Part shown: piece after piece, positions 26,501-39,734 of the stretch
Numbering within the stretch: position 1 is the stretch's first letter
Layout: each line of letters starts with the position of its first letter
From: Octopus vulgaris
Lineage: Eukaryota
Length of the DNA: 64,000 nt
Direction: 5' to 3'
NCBI GenBank assembly: GCA_951406725.2
Contig: OX597823.1
Coordinates: 32,426,001 to 32,490,000, forward strand
Notes under the pieces: generated by a model
Database searches by the model: none
Told to the model about the DNA's origin: nothing
Seen by the model: only the letters and a program-made list of their open reading frames with translations
Program-made: the position numbers and the translations under genes

Positions 26501-27546
26501 ATGTCATAGTTAACCCCACTCCTAACTTTTTTTTTGTTTCTAATATTAAAATATGAGACTGTATTGAAGTTTCAATATAATCTTTCTCCATTGCATAAAT
26601 AACAATATTCTGATTGTCTCAGTATGTGTTCTTCCTTCAAAGAGATATTCTTATCTGTTATCGTCAGACAAGCAGACAACTAGAGCGGAAAGAAGGGTGG
26701 GGAACGGCTGTTTTTGTTTTTGCAAAATAAAAGAGCTTTTTTCCTTAGTAAAAAATATATTGAAAGTGCTTTCCGCATAAGATTTATTTATTTTTTGTAA
26801 TTCAGAGGATAAACAAATCTAATAATATTTGTCAACAATGCTTTAAATCCATAATTAGGAATGGCATAAGGGCCATAAATTCAATCTAGTTGTGTGCAAT
26901 GCGTATCATTATTATGTGAGCTAGCAGAAATGTTAGCACGCTAGGTGAAATGTTTAGCAGTATTTCGTCTGTCTTTACGTTCTGAGTTCAAATTCCGCCA
27001 AGGTTGACTTTGCCTTTCATCCTTTTGGGGTCAATAAATTAAGTACCAGTTGCATACTAGGGTCGAGCTAAACAACTGGACCCCTCCCTCAAAATTTCAA
27101 GCCTTGTGCCTAGAGTAGAAAAGATTATCATGTTTATGCCTTCTTTTTGCTCAATCCTCCAGTGACTCAACATGCTTTCTTCATCTTGAATGCTTTATAG
27201 ATATTCAGCGCTCTACCTGTCCATTATTTCCTTATCTTTGATTTAAACTTTATTTTCTATTATAATTTCATTTTCTAAGAAAATGCTTTCTTACATATTT
27301 TTTTCTTTTTTTTTTGCAAAGGGAAACAATTTTATCTTCATGGGACCCTAGAATTAAAGAAATGTCGAAATCTTTAGATTTTTAGCATGGCTAAAGGTAT
27401 GGCTATGTACTCAAGAAGGTCACTTTGCAACCATGTGATTATGAGTTCAGTCTCACTACATAGCACCTTGGGCAAGTGTCTTTTACTACATGCCTTATGA
27501 GTGAATTTGGCAGATGGAAAGTGTGTGGAAGTCCACCATATAATAA

Positions 27547-27627
<81 letters not shown>

Positions 27628-27629
<2 letters not shown>

Positions 27630-27980
27630 CACAGGAGTGGCTGTGTGGTAAGTAGCTTGCTTACCAACAACATGTTTCTGGGTTCAGTCCCACTGCATGG
27701 CACCTTGGGCAAGTGTCTTCTACTATAGCCTCAGTCTAACCAAAGACTTGTGAGTGGATTTAGTAGATGGAAACTGAAGGAAGCTTGTTGTACATATATA
27801 TGTGTGTGTGTGTATGTCTGTGTTTGCCCCACTACCATCACTTGACAACCAACGTTGGTGTGTTTGGCAAAAGAGACTGATAGAATAAGTACTAGGCTTA
27901 CAAAGAATAAGTCCTGGGGTTGATTTGTTCGACTAAAGGTGGTGTTCCAACATGGCTGCAGTCAAATGAATAAAAGAATA
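27628..27980 (+). mobile_element. SINE family A
   Basis: Same as 39243-39650; further copies at 28750-29160, 30385-30780, 39955-40350, 59613-59980, 63320-63675. Confidence 0.85.
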
Positions 27981-28180
27981 TAGATAGATAGATAGATAGA
28001 TAGAGTGGTAGATAGATAGATAAACAGGCAGACAGACTGACATATATATATATGTATTTAAGTCACAATATATGGTTTCAAGTAATTCAGCAATACTCAT
28101 AAAAACAGCTCCTTAATGTATCATTCTACAAACCATAGAATGTACAGTCTGATACAAGAGAACATGATAAGGAGTGTATA

Positions 28181-28302
28181 AAGTTATAAATAACAACAGA
28201 AATAGTATAATGAAATTTATTTAACCATTGGAAAATTCCTATATCACAACAAATTTTCCAATGGTTAAATGGTTATACTATTTCTCTCATCATTTATAAC
28301 TT
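28181..28302. repeat. Imperfect inverted repeat (hairpin)
   Basis: ATTTAACCATTGGAAAATT / AATTTTCCAATGGTTAAAT plus outer AGAAATAGTATAA / TTATACTATTTCT and AAGTTATAAAT / ATTTATAACTT. Confidence 0.75.
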
Positions 28303-28929
28303 AATATTTAATACACACACACACACACATATATGTGTATGTGTGTGTCATTGCGGTTGTGTTTATTCCCCCTCCCCAATCACTTCACAACCAGTGTTGG
28401 TTTGTTTACATTCCCCTAAGTTAGTGGTTTGGCAAAAGAAGCTGATAGAATGAATGTGTACCAGACTTTAAAAATATAAGCTGGAGTCAGTTTGTTCACC
28501 TAAAACCCGCTCAAGGTGCTGCTCCAGACTGGCCACATTCCAGTGACTAAAACAAGCAAATGCTAAAAGGATAGTGAAAGTACAGAAATGAGAAAATTTA
28601 TAAAACATGATATTTCCACTAGTTTTGTTTAACGCATTGCAGTTGTTATTCTTGGTGTTTTGTATTTTGTCAAGCGGACATTAAGATAGGAGGAAAGAAA
28701 ATATTCTAGTTTCTTGTCATCTTTCACTATTTTCTGTTATCTTCTGTTATAGGAGTAGGACTGGCTGTGTGGTAAGTAGCTTGCTTACCAACCACATGGT
28801 TCTGGGTTCAGTCCCACTGCGTGGCACCTTGGGCAAGTGTCTTCTACTATAGCCTCAGGCCTACCAAAGCCTTGTGAGTGGATTTGGTAGACGGAAACTG
28901 AAGGAAGCCTGTCGTATATATATATATGT

Positions 28930-29023
<94 letters not shown>

Positions 29024-30343
29024 ATATGTTTGTGTGTCTGTGTTTGTCTCCCCAACATTGCTTGACAACTAATGCTGGTGTGTTTATGTCCCTGTAACTT
29101 AGCAGTTTGGCAAAAGAGACCGATAGAATAAGTACTAGGCTTACAAAGAATAAGTCCTGGCGTGATTTTGAAATTTCAACGATGTGGTTGTTTAAATTTA
29201 AAATGATACTAAAGGCTAGATGTGAGAGGCTGAATCAGACCAGTATGAAGATAAAACAGGTAGAATATTTCTGGTTAGACATGGCCAGGTTAAATACTAA
29301 AGGGTTAAACATGATAAATGTTCTACTGCTGGACCAAAACATCCTCCAAATTTCATTTTAGAAACTTTGTTCCTGCCTGCAAGAATTGTATTTAGAAAAG
29401 ATGGAATTTCTCCGAGTTCTGCTAGTAATATATCATTATCTTGCATACTTCAGTATATGGCTTCGTTTCTTTTCTTTTTTTTCTTTTTGACATTATATAA
29501 CTCATCATCATCGTTGTCATCATTTGTGTCCACTTTTTCTTGCTTGCATGGGTCAGATGGAATTTGTTGAGACAGGTTTCCTACAGCCAGATGCAATACT
29601 ATCACCACTCCTCACCTATTTCGAAACAATATTTCTCCGTGGCCAGGACATGTTTTTCATGGAAGACTGGAAATAAACAACATGGCTTGTATGATGTTCA
29701 TTTACTGCCATCAAGTTTAGAGAATCTAGAGAAGGGTGTACACATGCACACACATACCTGACTGGCTTCTACTAGTTTCCATCTAATGTGTCCATTCACA
29801 AGGCTTTGGTTGGCCCAGGGATGTTGTAAAAGATACTCAAGGTGCCACACAATAGGATTGAACCTGAGGCCACATGGTTTACAAGCAAGCTTTTTAACCA
29901 CACACCCATACCTGCGTCTGAAATAACTATTACATGTTTTTAATTTATGTATATCATTATATATTATGGGGCAGGGCCATCCGAATGTTATATGGTTTTT
30001 ATATTAATATTGCACATGTATTATTTATACATTATTGTATCTGACGTTTTCAGATACATTCATCATTATTACTTCATGGATCACAAAGGAATTTTTTGTT
30101 GTAAAAATACAAAGGATTGTATTGTGTTTTACTCACCCATATCATTCCTGCTTTTCTCAGCAAACTTCTACAAAATTAACAATGTACCAAAGACAATATG
30201 AACATTTCAGATTCCATTTTGTTCACTGCAGAAATACAACTAATGTATTTTTAATTTATCTTATATTTTATTTTCGTAATCAGATTTGTCAAGATAAATT
30301 GTAATTGCAGCCTGTTTTATTACAAAATCAAAGACACTCAGAC

Positions 30344-30386
<43 letters not shown>

Positions 30387-30821
30387 GCATAGGCGTTGGT
30401 GTCTAGTAAAAAGTTAGCTTCCCAATCACATAGTTTCAGGTTCAGTCCCACTGCATGGTATCATGGGCAAGTACCTTCTACTAGAGCCTCAGACTGACCA
30501 AAGCCTTGGTAGTGGAATTGGTAGGTAGAAACTGAAGAACCTATTGTATATGTCTGTGAGTGTGTGTGTGTGTGTTTGTCTCCCACCACCACTTGACAAC
30601 TGGTGCTGGTGTGTTTACATTCATGTAACTTAGCAGTTCAGCAAAGGAGACCAATAGAATAAGTTCCGGGCTTTAGAAATAGAAATAAAAACTGGGGTCA
30701 GTTCATTCAACTAAAATTCTTCAAGGTGATGCCCCAGCATGGCAACAGTCCATGACTGACATAAGTAAAAGACAGAGGATACATATATCTTATAATGTAC
30801 AAATTTGAGACTATATGTATT

Positions 30822-30862
<41 letters not shown>

Positions 30863-32959
30863 GTATATATATGGTTGTATATATATATACATCCATGGAT
30901 AGATAAATATGTCCAGCTCAATGGACTGCTTCTCTCTTTATTTCTCCTTCTTTCTCATTTTCTTTTCTTTTCCATTTTGTCTTTGCTTTCTCAATATTTC
31001 TTCCCCCCACCATCCATTTTGTTTTTTCTCCCCTCCATAATTCTCCACCCCCTCCATTTTGTTTCCCTTTTCCAATTTACTTTGCCCTTCTCCCCTTTAA
31101 TGTCTCCTTTATCATTATTTCTTCTTCTTGCCTTTATTCTCCTTACACTTTCATTTTTTTCTTTCTCCTTTTCTTGCCTTTTCATCGTTATCTTCTTCAT
31201 CCTTCTTCCCGCTTACTCTTTCCCTTTTGCCTTTCTTCCTCCACCACCATTTATTCTTCTTCCCCTTTACCTTATTCCCCAACCCCTCTAATCATTATTC
31301 TCCTCCGTTCTTTATTTTCTTCCATCCATTTTCACCCCTTCCCACTACATTTCCCTCCTTACCCACCACCATTGTGTAATAAATTAGCAACGTGATCATT
31401 TCTAAAAGTTGATTAATTTCAAGTAGATTTAATTACTTTAATTGCTTCTGTACTCTTTAATTAAAACAAAATACAATTACACACACACACCCACATATTC
31501 ACACACGCACACATATATATATATAGTCACACATGCACAAATAAATAAATATATATATATGTATGTATACACATGAATATATAATAACTTTTTTCTATAT
31601 ATATATTTTACAGCTGTTTTTCACTAAATAAATTCTTTCCTACAACATTTGTTGTAAGTTGATATCTTTAGTTCTTATCCTCCCCCATAACATAATTATA
31701 TATTCATCTTTTTTTAAGGGAAGTCATGTTAACAGTGCCCAGCATATTTAATTACATTCCCTTACTTTGCTGGGGTCAAATTTGCTTTTTATTGTTCAAG
31801 AGTTAATAATTACAGGTCAGGTACCCCTCCTCTGCTCATTGGTCAGTATTTAGAAATCATTATTCGGGTAGTATGCCGACAGAATCCTTAGAACATTAGG
31901 TAAAATGCCATACAGTAGTTCTTTTAGTTTTTCAAGTCCTGGTTTCAATTCATGCTGTGATCATCTTTACCTTTCATCTCTTTGGAGTTGATTAAATAAA
32001 CTATTAGTATCCATTGAGGTTGATATAATTAATTAACCCTGCCCCCCCCCTCAAAATTCTGGCCTTGTGCCTAAATCAGAAACAAATTGAAAATCTCTAT
32101 TTGGATTAGTAGAATCTTTAGACCATTTGACAAAATGCTCAACAGCATTCCTTCATTTCTTCTAGCTCATTATGTTCTAAGTTCAAATTCCTCTGAGGTC
32201 AACTTTACATTTCATCCTTTTGGGGCCAATAAAATAAAGTACCAGTCAAGTATTGGGGTTGATATAATTGACCTTCCCCCCTCCTGAAATTACTGGCATT
32301 GTGCCAAAATTGGAAGCATTTAAAGGTGGTGAACTGGCACAATTGTTAGAGGGTTTTGACAAAATGATTAGTGGCATTTTTTTCTGGCTCATTATCTTCT
32401 GATTTCAAATCTGAACAAGGTAAACTTTGTTTTTCAGCTTTTTGAGTTGATAAAGTACCAGTTGATATAATTGTTTTAGCCTCCCTAGGCTAGATGAACA
32501 GACAGGTATCTTGCTGTAGAGGACTTAGATGGTTGCCCCACTCAGAGTCAGAGGGAGTGAAAATGAGAGCAAGAGAGAGATGGTGCTGATGTGTCTGGGA
32601 GTACGCTCAAGGTACAAGGAGGTGAATGTAAATGGAGTGATAGAGGATTGAACAGGGTGCACAAGCAGAGAGTTCATGAGAGTGCAAAGAGAAAAAGGGG
32701 AATGTAGTGAGTGGTGAGATGTTTATATAGGGAACAACAGGAGAGCAATGATAAGGTTGGCAGTGGGGAGGACAGGAGAGAGAGAGAGAGAGAGAGAAGT
32801 GACAGGGAAGTGTTGGGTTGCAGAAGTCAGGGTAGAGAAAGGCATAGTGCATGAAGAAGAGATGGAGTTTGGTTCATTGGGGTGAAGTGTATGAATTAAT
32901 GTTACATGTGGGTAGAATACACAATGATTCCAGAACCCAGTTTTGCTGAGGTGGGTGGT

Positions 32960-33690
32960 ATCACCAGATATCCCAATCCACAGTCATCTCCTCTGTGAGG
33001 CTTAACATCTCGAGATTGGTCCTCACTACATCTTCCTATATCTCCCTGGGTCTCCCTCTTCTACTTTGAGTAATCAGCACTTCTTTACACAGCTATCTTC
33101 ATTCTTATGCACCACATGTCCAACCCTACACAATCTTCCCTCTTGCATGCTACATCTAATTTCTCCGATGCCCAACTCTTCTCATTTGCATTTTGTTGTA
33201 CATGCACACTGATGATGCACATCCACTGGAGCATACTAGCTTCATTCTTCACCAGTTTTTGCATGTCTTCTGCATTCAAGGCCCAAATCTCACTACCATA
33301 GTCATTTGTTTACAAGCATCATTCAATCTGCCTTTCACCCTGAGATAGAAGCCTTTTGTTGTCAGTTCTCTGAACTTCCTTCAACTTTTATTCAAGCTAC
33401 TGTATTTCCAGAAGATCCTCTTCTGCTGCTAATTTGGTTACCTAGGCAACAGAAACTATCCACAATCTCAGAGGAACTTCCTGGGCATTTGAGAGAATCT
33501 AATTCCCTTGTGTCCTTAGTGTTTATTGTTCCTGCACACCTGCCACATACAAAAATGACATTCTCTGTTAACCTACCTGTCATTTCACAGCACTTCTTAT
33601 GTGTCCATGGCTTACAGTGGGAGCAATGAATGAAATTCCTTCCAACACCTTTCCTACATTTTGGGTAGGGCTATTTACCAGACAGAAAGA
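32960..33690 (-). pseudogene. Decayed RTE LINE ORF2 C-terminal fragment
   Basis: ORFs 33392-33583 (CGRCAGTI..IVDSFCCLGNQISS) and 33085-33279 (NEASMLQWMC) are homologous to 55696-56390. Confidence 0.8.
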
Positions 33691-34129
33691 TAGTTATATA
33701 TATGCATGTGTGTGAGTGTGAGTATATACATGCATGTGTATTATTAGGCATATGGTGTGATTAAATACTCAGGGTAAGTAGTAGGCCTTATTAAAGTAAA
33801 TTTTTGATAAGTGTTTTATCACTACAAGACAATGTTCAATGAATTTCTCATGTTTATGTTAAGCATTCAGTCAATAATTTAGACACCAATATTATATTCG
33901 TAGTCACACACTTTCACTCAGATTACAGAATATGATAAACATATAGGGGAACAAAAACAGCTACATAACCATTCTTCTCTTGCTTTTATTACATGGTTTT
34001 TCAGGCCTTGCGTCCATAGTAGAGAGGATTATTTTCGTATATTTACACTATTGAAACTGTGTCCATTCAGGTATTTGTCTGTTAATTTTAATCACATTCA
34101 GTAATTCTTTATAGCTTAGTTAACTTAGA

Positions 34130-34620
34130 TTGGTTTTGGTTATTACTGGCCCAGGACATGTCCATCTTGATAGCACTAATTGGAGTAGTTTTTCAATATT
34201 TGGGTGCCTAACCCATTTCTTCCTTTCACTTGCACCTGGACACATATTAGCACTACATTACCTCACCATTCACTTGGGCTTTTTGGACAAAAAAATTAAG
34301 AATTTCACCTCTGATTATCTCTGATGGATTTGTCCCATCTTTTTCATAAAATCCACCAACCAGAGCAGTCTATGATGTTTTAGGAAATCAGAGCTCACTT
34401 GAGTAGGGAGTTCTTGTTTGATGAGATGTATTTGGGTGTTGATGGTGGGGGTTGTCTGGATTTCTTGGAGAATTTGTCAAGTAAACATTTGAATGTTGTG
34501 GTGTTTGTTTTATGTGTTTATTGATTGATTGATTTCCTTTAGAATAGTATTGAATAATGTCAGACCAGCTGAGGTAAGAAAAAAAAGAAGTTATGTCACA
34601 ATGTTGTTATATGATGTGAA
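34130..34620 (-). pseudogene. CR1/L2-like LINE 3' fragment
   Basis: Minus strand GLTLFNTILK ... TFKCLLDKF..PDNP resembles the G..LFN.LP..FK..LD.FL..IPD.P terminus. Confidence 0.55.
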
Positions 34621-34994
34621 GTGAAGGTATGTGGTTCAATGGTTAGGTTGTGAATTTGATTCCCCACGCAGTGTGTTTGTGTCCTTGAGCAAGACACTTT
34701 ACTTCACATTGTACCTGTAAATCAAAGGGCCAGCCTTGTCACATTCTGTGTCACACTGATTCACCCTGAGAACTTTGTTAAGGGTACGTGGGTCTTTATG
34801 ACATTACAAGTGTTTAATGCATTTTGTTGTTGAAGACATTGGACATGGTTTGAACAGTTTCACATGTTAACAGACACACACACAAACTCAAAACCACATG
34901 TTTGTATCCCAAACATGAGCTCTTGGGTTCAGTTCTTCTGTGTGACACCTTGGCCAACTAAATCCTTGTGTGTAGCTTTCATAGACAGAAGCTT

Positions 34995-35040
<46 letters not shown>

Positions 35041-35045
<5 letters not shown>

Positions 35046-35311
35046 ATGTATAATGTAATAGTTTAGAAAAAAAAAGCCATTGGTTTCATTTCAAGCGAGA
35101 ACTAGACATTTCTTCAGTTTTTCTAAATGATAACCATTCTCTGTGAAGAATATTTTTTAAAACACAAGAATGCTGGTGATAGTTCTTGTGCTTAAAAAAA
35201 ACATTCTTTGCAGAGAACAGTTATCATTTAGAAAAACTGAAGAAATGTCTAGTTCTCGCTTGAGATGAGACCAATGGCTCTTTTTCTAAACTATTACTTT
35301 ACTCATACAAA
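35041..35311. repeat. ~270-bp fold-back palindrome with a hammerhead-like motif on each strand
   Basis: ~125-bp arms, loop ~35171-35182; plus strand TTTAGAAAAA-CTGAAGA(35237)-..-GAGA-CCAATGGC-TC-TTTTTCTAAA, mirrored with intact GAAA on the minus strand. Confidence 0.8.
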
Positions 35312-35460
35312 AATAAACAACTGCTCTTTATTTTATAGGCTATGCTCTTCTCCTGATTTATGATATTGTAAAGATATATATATAAATATATATATATGCT
35401 TTCGGTGAGAATGGTTTTGTTATACAGCGCCGTATTTTACAATCCCATAAATAATAATAA

Positions 35461-35673
35461 TAATAATGGTATTTTTATATAAGCTTAAAGCTTATGGTGA
35501 TCACTGTGCAATGACTAAGGAAAATAGTCTAATAAAGGGGCATATAAACTCTTGACAAAAAAGAAGGCTTTCCTATTCATGAGGGCTTATATGCCCCTTT
35601 ATTAGACTATTTTCCTCAGTCACTGCACGGTGATCACTATAGTCTTTAAGCTTATATAAAAATACCGTTATTA
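35461..35673. repeat. ~210-bp fold-back palindrome
   Basis: Arms 35461-35552 and 35579-35673 are near reverse complements; CTGAGGA half-core on the minus strand. Confidence 0.85.
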
Positions 35674-35699
35674 ATATACATATATTTATATACGTGAAA

Positions 35700-35885
35700 T
35701 ATATAGAAAAACAAAAGACAAAGACAGATATATGAACAACAAGCAGGTGTATTAGTTTGGCACTTAGGAAAATGAAAAAGTCTTTTACGTTTCAAGCCTA
35801 CGCTCTGCAACAGAAAGGAATAAGAGAAAATGAACAGAGAGATAATGAAAAAAACTTGTAGATTTCAGCTGTCCAGCATCGTGAA
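35700..35885 (-). mobile_element. Short PLE-like repeat with minimal hammerhead-like motif (second copy 52500-52710, + strand)
   Basis: Minus: CUUU-CUGUUGC-A-GAGC-GUAG-GCUU-GAAACGUA-AAAG; shares ATACACCTGCTTGTTGTTC with the 52.6-kb copy. Confidence 0.6.
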
Positions 35886-35899
35886 TGTGTATATATATA

Positions 35900-35947
<48 letters not shown>

Positions 35948-36114
35948 CGTATCTGTGGCACCTGTGCAGGTGGCATATATCACGGAGTGGTTGGCGTTAG
36001 GAAGGGCATCCAGCCGTATGCCAGATATGGGCCTGATGAAGCCTATATAACCGTCCATGCTAGCATGGAGAACGGACGCTAAATGATATGATGATATATG
36101 TATGTATGTATGTA

Positions 36115-36396
36115 TGTAAAAATAATGGGTTTTGAATGGCACTATAATAACTGGACAATGGACTATAATAACTGTTATAATTTAATTATCCATAGTTTGA
36201 TATAGTGTTTTGGAATATAAAAATTCCTTCTTCAGATATCCCTAGGAATTGATTGATCCTAGCGATATCTGAAGAAGGAATTTTTATATTCTGAATATTG
36301 TATCAGACGATGGATGATTAAATTACAACAGTTTTTATAGTCCATTGTTGCTATTATAGTGCATTGTTGTGCCATTTAAAACAAATTATTTTTTAC
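36115..36396. repeat. ~280-bp fold-back palindrome with a hammerhead-like motif on each strand
   Basis: Centre CTAGGA ATTGATTGA TCCTAG; GATAT-CTGAAGA(36269)-A-GGAAT..ATTCT-GAAT..GTATC and its mirror. Confidence 0.8.
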
Positions 36397-36469
36397 AAAC
36401 AACACACAATGCTCCAAGCGAACAACAATACTCTCATATATATGTATATACATATGTATATATATAGTC

Positions 36470-37100
36470 ATTTATTCTTTTATTTGTTTCAGTCATTTGA
36501 CTGTGACCATGCTGGAGCACCAACTTTAGTTGAACAAATTGACCCCAGGACTTATTCTTCGTAAGCCTAGTACTTATTCTATCGGTCTCTTTTGCCGAAC
36601 CGCTAAGTTACAGGGACTTAAACACACCAGCATCGGTTGTCAAGTGATGGTGGTGTGACAAACACAAACACACAAACATGCATATATATATATATATATG
36701 ATGGGCTTCTTTCAGTTTCTTATTTCTTTACTGCCCACAAGGGGTTACATACAGAGGGGACAAACAAGGACAAACAGATTAAGTTGATTGTATTGACCCC
36801 AGTGCATAACTAGTACTTATTTAATCGACCCCGAACGGATGAAAGGCAAAGTCGATCTCAGTGGAATTTGAACTCAGAATGAAGCAGCAGACGAAATACC
36901 GCTAAGCATTTTGCCCGGCATGCTAACGTTTCTGTCAGCTCACCGCCTTCTTTCAGTTTCTGTCTACTAAATCCACTCACAAGGCTTTGGTCGGCCTGAA
37001 GCTATAGTAGAAGAAAGGCACTTACCATGCAGTGTGTACTGAACCCAGGACCATGTGGTTGCTAAGCAAGCCTCTTACCACATAACCACTCCTGTGCCTA
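36470..37100 (-). mobile_element. SINE family A with nested family B (36721-36946, 15-bp TSD)
   Basis: CTTCTTTCAGTTTCT at 36706-36720 and 36947-36961. Confidence 0.85.
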
Positions 37101-38078
37101 TATTAAAAAGATTTATGTAAAGCTGGAACAAGGCAAGAAGAGAGAGAGAGTTGTTTTTAGCCCCAGGTCAGACCTATGGTTAAAGGAGTTTCAGTCATGA
37201 CTGTCCTGCCATCCCTTTTTTAGGCATCGTGTATTTAGTACTACATTAGCAAATGAAACTGTTCATTCATTCTTTTCAGTTGCTTGGGCGTAATATCCTA
37301 GTGTCAGCTACACAACAGAACGAACCTCAGTGTGTACACACTCACTATATATATATAATTATATATAATTATATATATATATATATATCATGTGATCACT
37401 TAATTGGCCAGACTATCAGATGTTGGTTTACATTGCTGGTCACAATGATGCCACCCTACTTGCTAGGCAAGCAGGCCAACATTTTCCCTGGTCAGAGAAC
37501 TACTCCACTGCAGCATTAACCATTTACAACATGTGGCGGCCTAGAGCTAAGGTGTTGTATTCACAATCACTGGACTATGTCACACCTGAACCACTAGGTC
37601 ACGTGCCTATATATACATACATACATACGTGTGTGTGTGTATAAATACTATGCTGTGATGTATTGCGTTGCTATTGTTCTCACCTGCCATCACTGATTAA
37701 CTAAGACAATGTGTGTGAGTATATTAACTGACTGTGGAATGTGTCATCTGGATGTAGTGAGTCATCAGAAGCTGGACAATTGTCTCTACACCAGCTATCC
37801 TACTGCAGTAGAAACCTGTTATCTTCACAGACACTCTAATAATGAAGGTGGTGGTGGTGGTCCGTCAGAAATACCATTCTGTCATCACCACACTAAACTC
37901 AACCAGCAAAAGTTGGACTGTTGCCTGCTAATGGATTTCCCTCTCATTTACTGCTTAATGTCTGTTGCTCATTCAGTCTCTCTTTCTCTCTCTTTCTCAT
38001 TTACTTTCTTAGTCATTCAGTCTCTGTTTTTCACTTCTTCACATTTTCTTTCATACATACACTCCCTCACATATACAG

Positions 38079-38128
<50 letters not shown>

Positions 38129-39199
38129 GCATGCACACAAGCACACACACACACGCACGTACATAGGCACACAAGGACAAATGCACGCATACACATACAG
38201 GCAAGCAAGCACGCTGCACGCATACACACACACACATGCGCACACACATACACGCACACGCACAAGCACACAGACACACACAAGCACAAACACACACACA
38301 CACATATGCACACTCACACACAGAGGCAAACAAGTACGTGTGTGTACACACTCTCCTTTTCAATCCATGTCACTAACAATTACAGCTAGTTAAGTCATTA
38401 GTATGTCAATGTGCTTACTGAAAGGTTTCAATGTCACAATTCATATATCTATAAATAGGTACCATGTGGAGGTGCAACTTACTACTGTAAACAATAGACT
38501 GCAAAGTATCGTATAATTAATTGACAAGTATCTTGTTAAGTTGCTGTTTTGGGTTCAGAGTTTACCTGCTTTGATTATTATTATTTCTCTATAATGGAAG
38601 GAGTGTCTCTCAAGAACTGTTATATCATTAAAGACTGTGTCCTTGGATTTGCTTTGCCTTATGTGTGGAAATAACAAGTTTTAATTACTCTACCCCACCC
38701 ACCTCTTCTCAGGTCTTTCCCTTAACTGTAGTTTTCATCTCCCAAGGGAAAACAGTTTTATATGTATCATCACCACCACCACCACCACCATCATCATATT
38801 CATCACCGCCACCATCATCGTTGTCATCATCATCATCATTTCATATGTGCTTTCCATGCTGGTATGGGTTGCACAGTTTGGCAGGATCTAAAGGGTGGGG
38901 GGAATGCACTGCATCCGCCATTTGTTGGTGATTTCCTATTCGCAGCCGATGACACCTTTGCACCACTCAAGTGACAATCCTCCAACCCATACGTTTATTT
39001 TGGTAGTTGTTGCTGGTGAGGAGGCTTCTACAAGTTCAGAGTGTAGATTCTACCTTAACGTCTTGGGTTTGTTCTCTGAAATGCCAGACCCAACACAGCA
39101 CAACTGTTAGATTGAGTTTATTCAAATGTGAATCTAATTGAATTGCTTGCTAAATGGAGTGTCTCAGACCTCAACATTGTATGTCTGTGTATGTATGTG

Positions 39200-39242
<43 letters not shown>

Positions 39243-39243
<1 letters not shown>

Positions 39244-39650
39244 GGCGCAGGAGTGGCTGTGTGGTAAGTAGCTTGTTTACCAACCACATGGTTCCGGGTT
39301 CAGTCCCACTGCGTGGCACCTTGGGCAAGTGTCTTCTACTATAGCCTCGGGCCGACCAAAGCCTTGTGAGTGGATTTGGTAGACGGAAACTGAAAGAAGC
39401 CCGTCATATATATGTATATATATATGCGTGTGTGTGTTTGTGTATCTGTGTTTGTCCCCCTAGCATTGTTTGACAACCGATGCTGGTTTGTTTATGTCCC
39501 CGTTACTTAGCGGTTCGGCAAAAGAGACCAATAGAATAAGTACTGGGCTTACAAAAGAATAAGTCCCGGGTTCGAGTTGCTCGATTAAAGGCAGTGCTCC
39601 AGCATGGCCGCAGTCAAATGACTGAAACAAGTAAAAGAGTAAAAGAGAGT
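39243..39650 (+). mobile_element. SINE family A, young near-consensus copy
   Basis: A/B boxes, CTTGGGCAAGTG core, internal (TA)/(TG), CpGs largely intact. Confidence 0.9.
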
Positions 39651-39734
39651 AATATATATATATATATGCATATATACATACACATATGTACATACCTACA
39701 TATATATGTATATACACATGCATATATGTGTATA

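Noticed and set aside
30875-31395. Hydrophobic 'membrane-like' ORFs
   Set aside because: Artefact of a polypyrimidine tract
37709-38389. 226-aa ORF, longest in the track
   Set aside because: Second half is (CA)n-derived HT repeats; no recognisable domain or splice support
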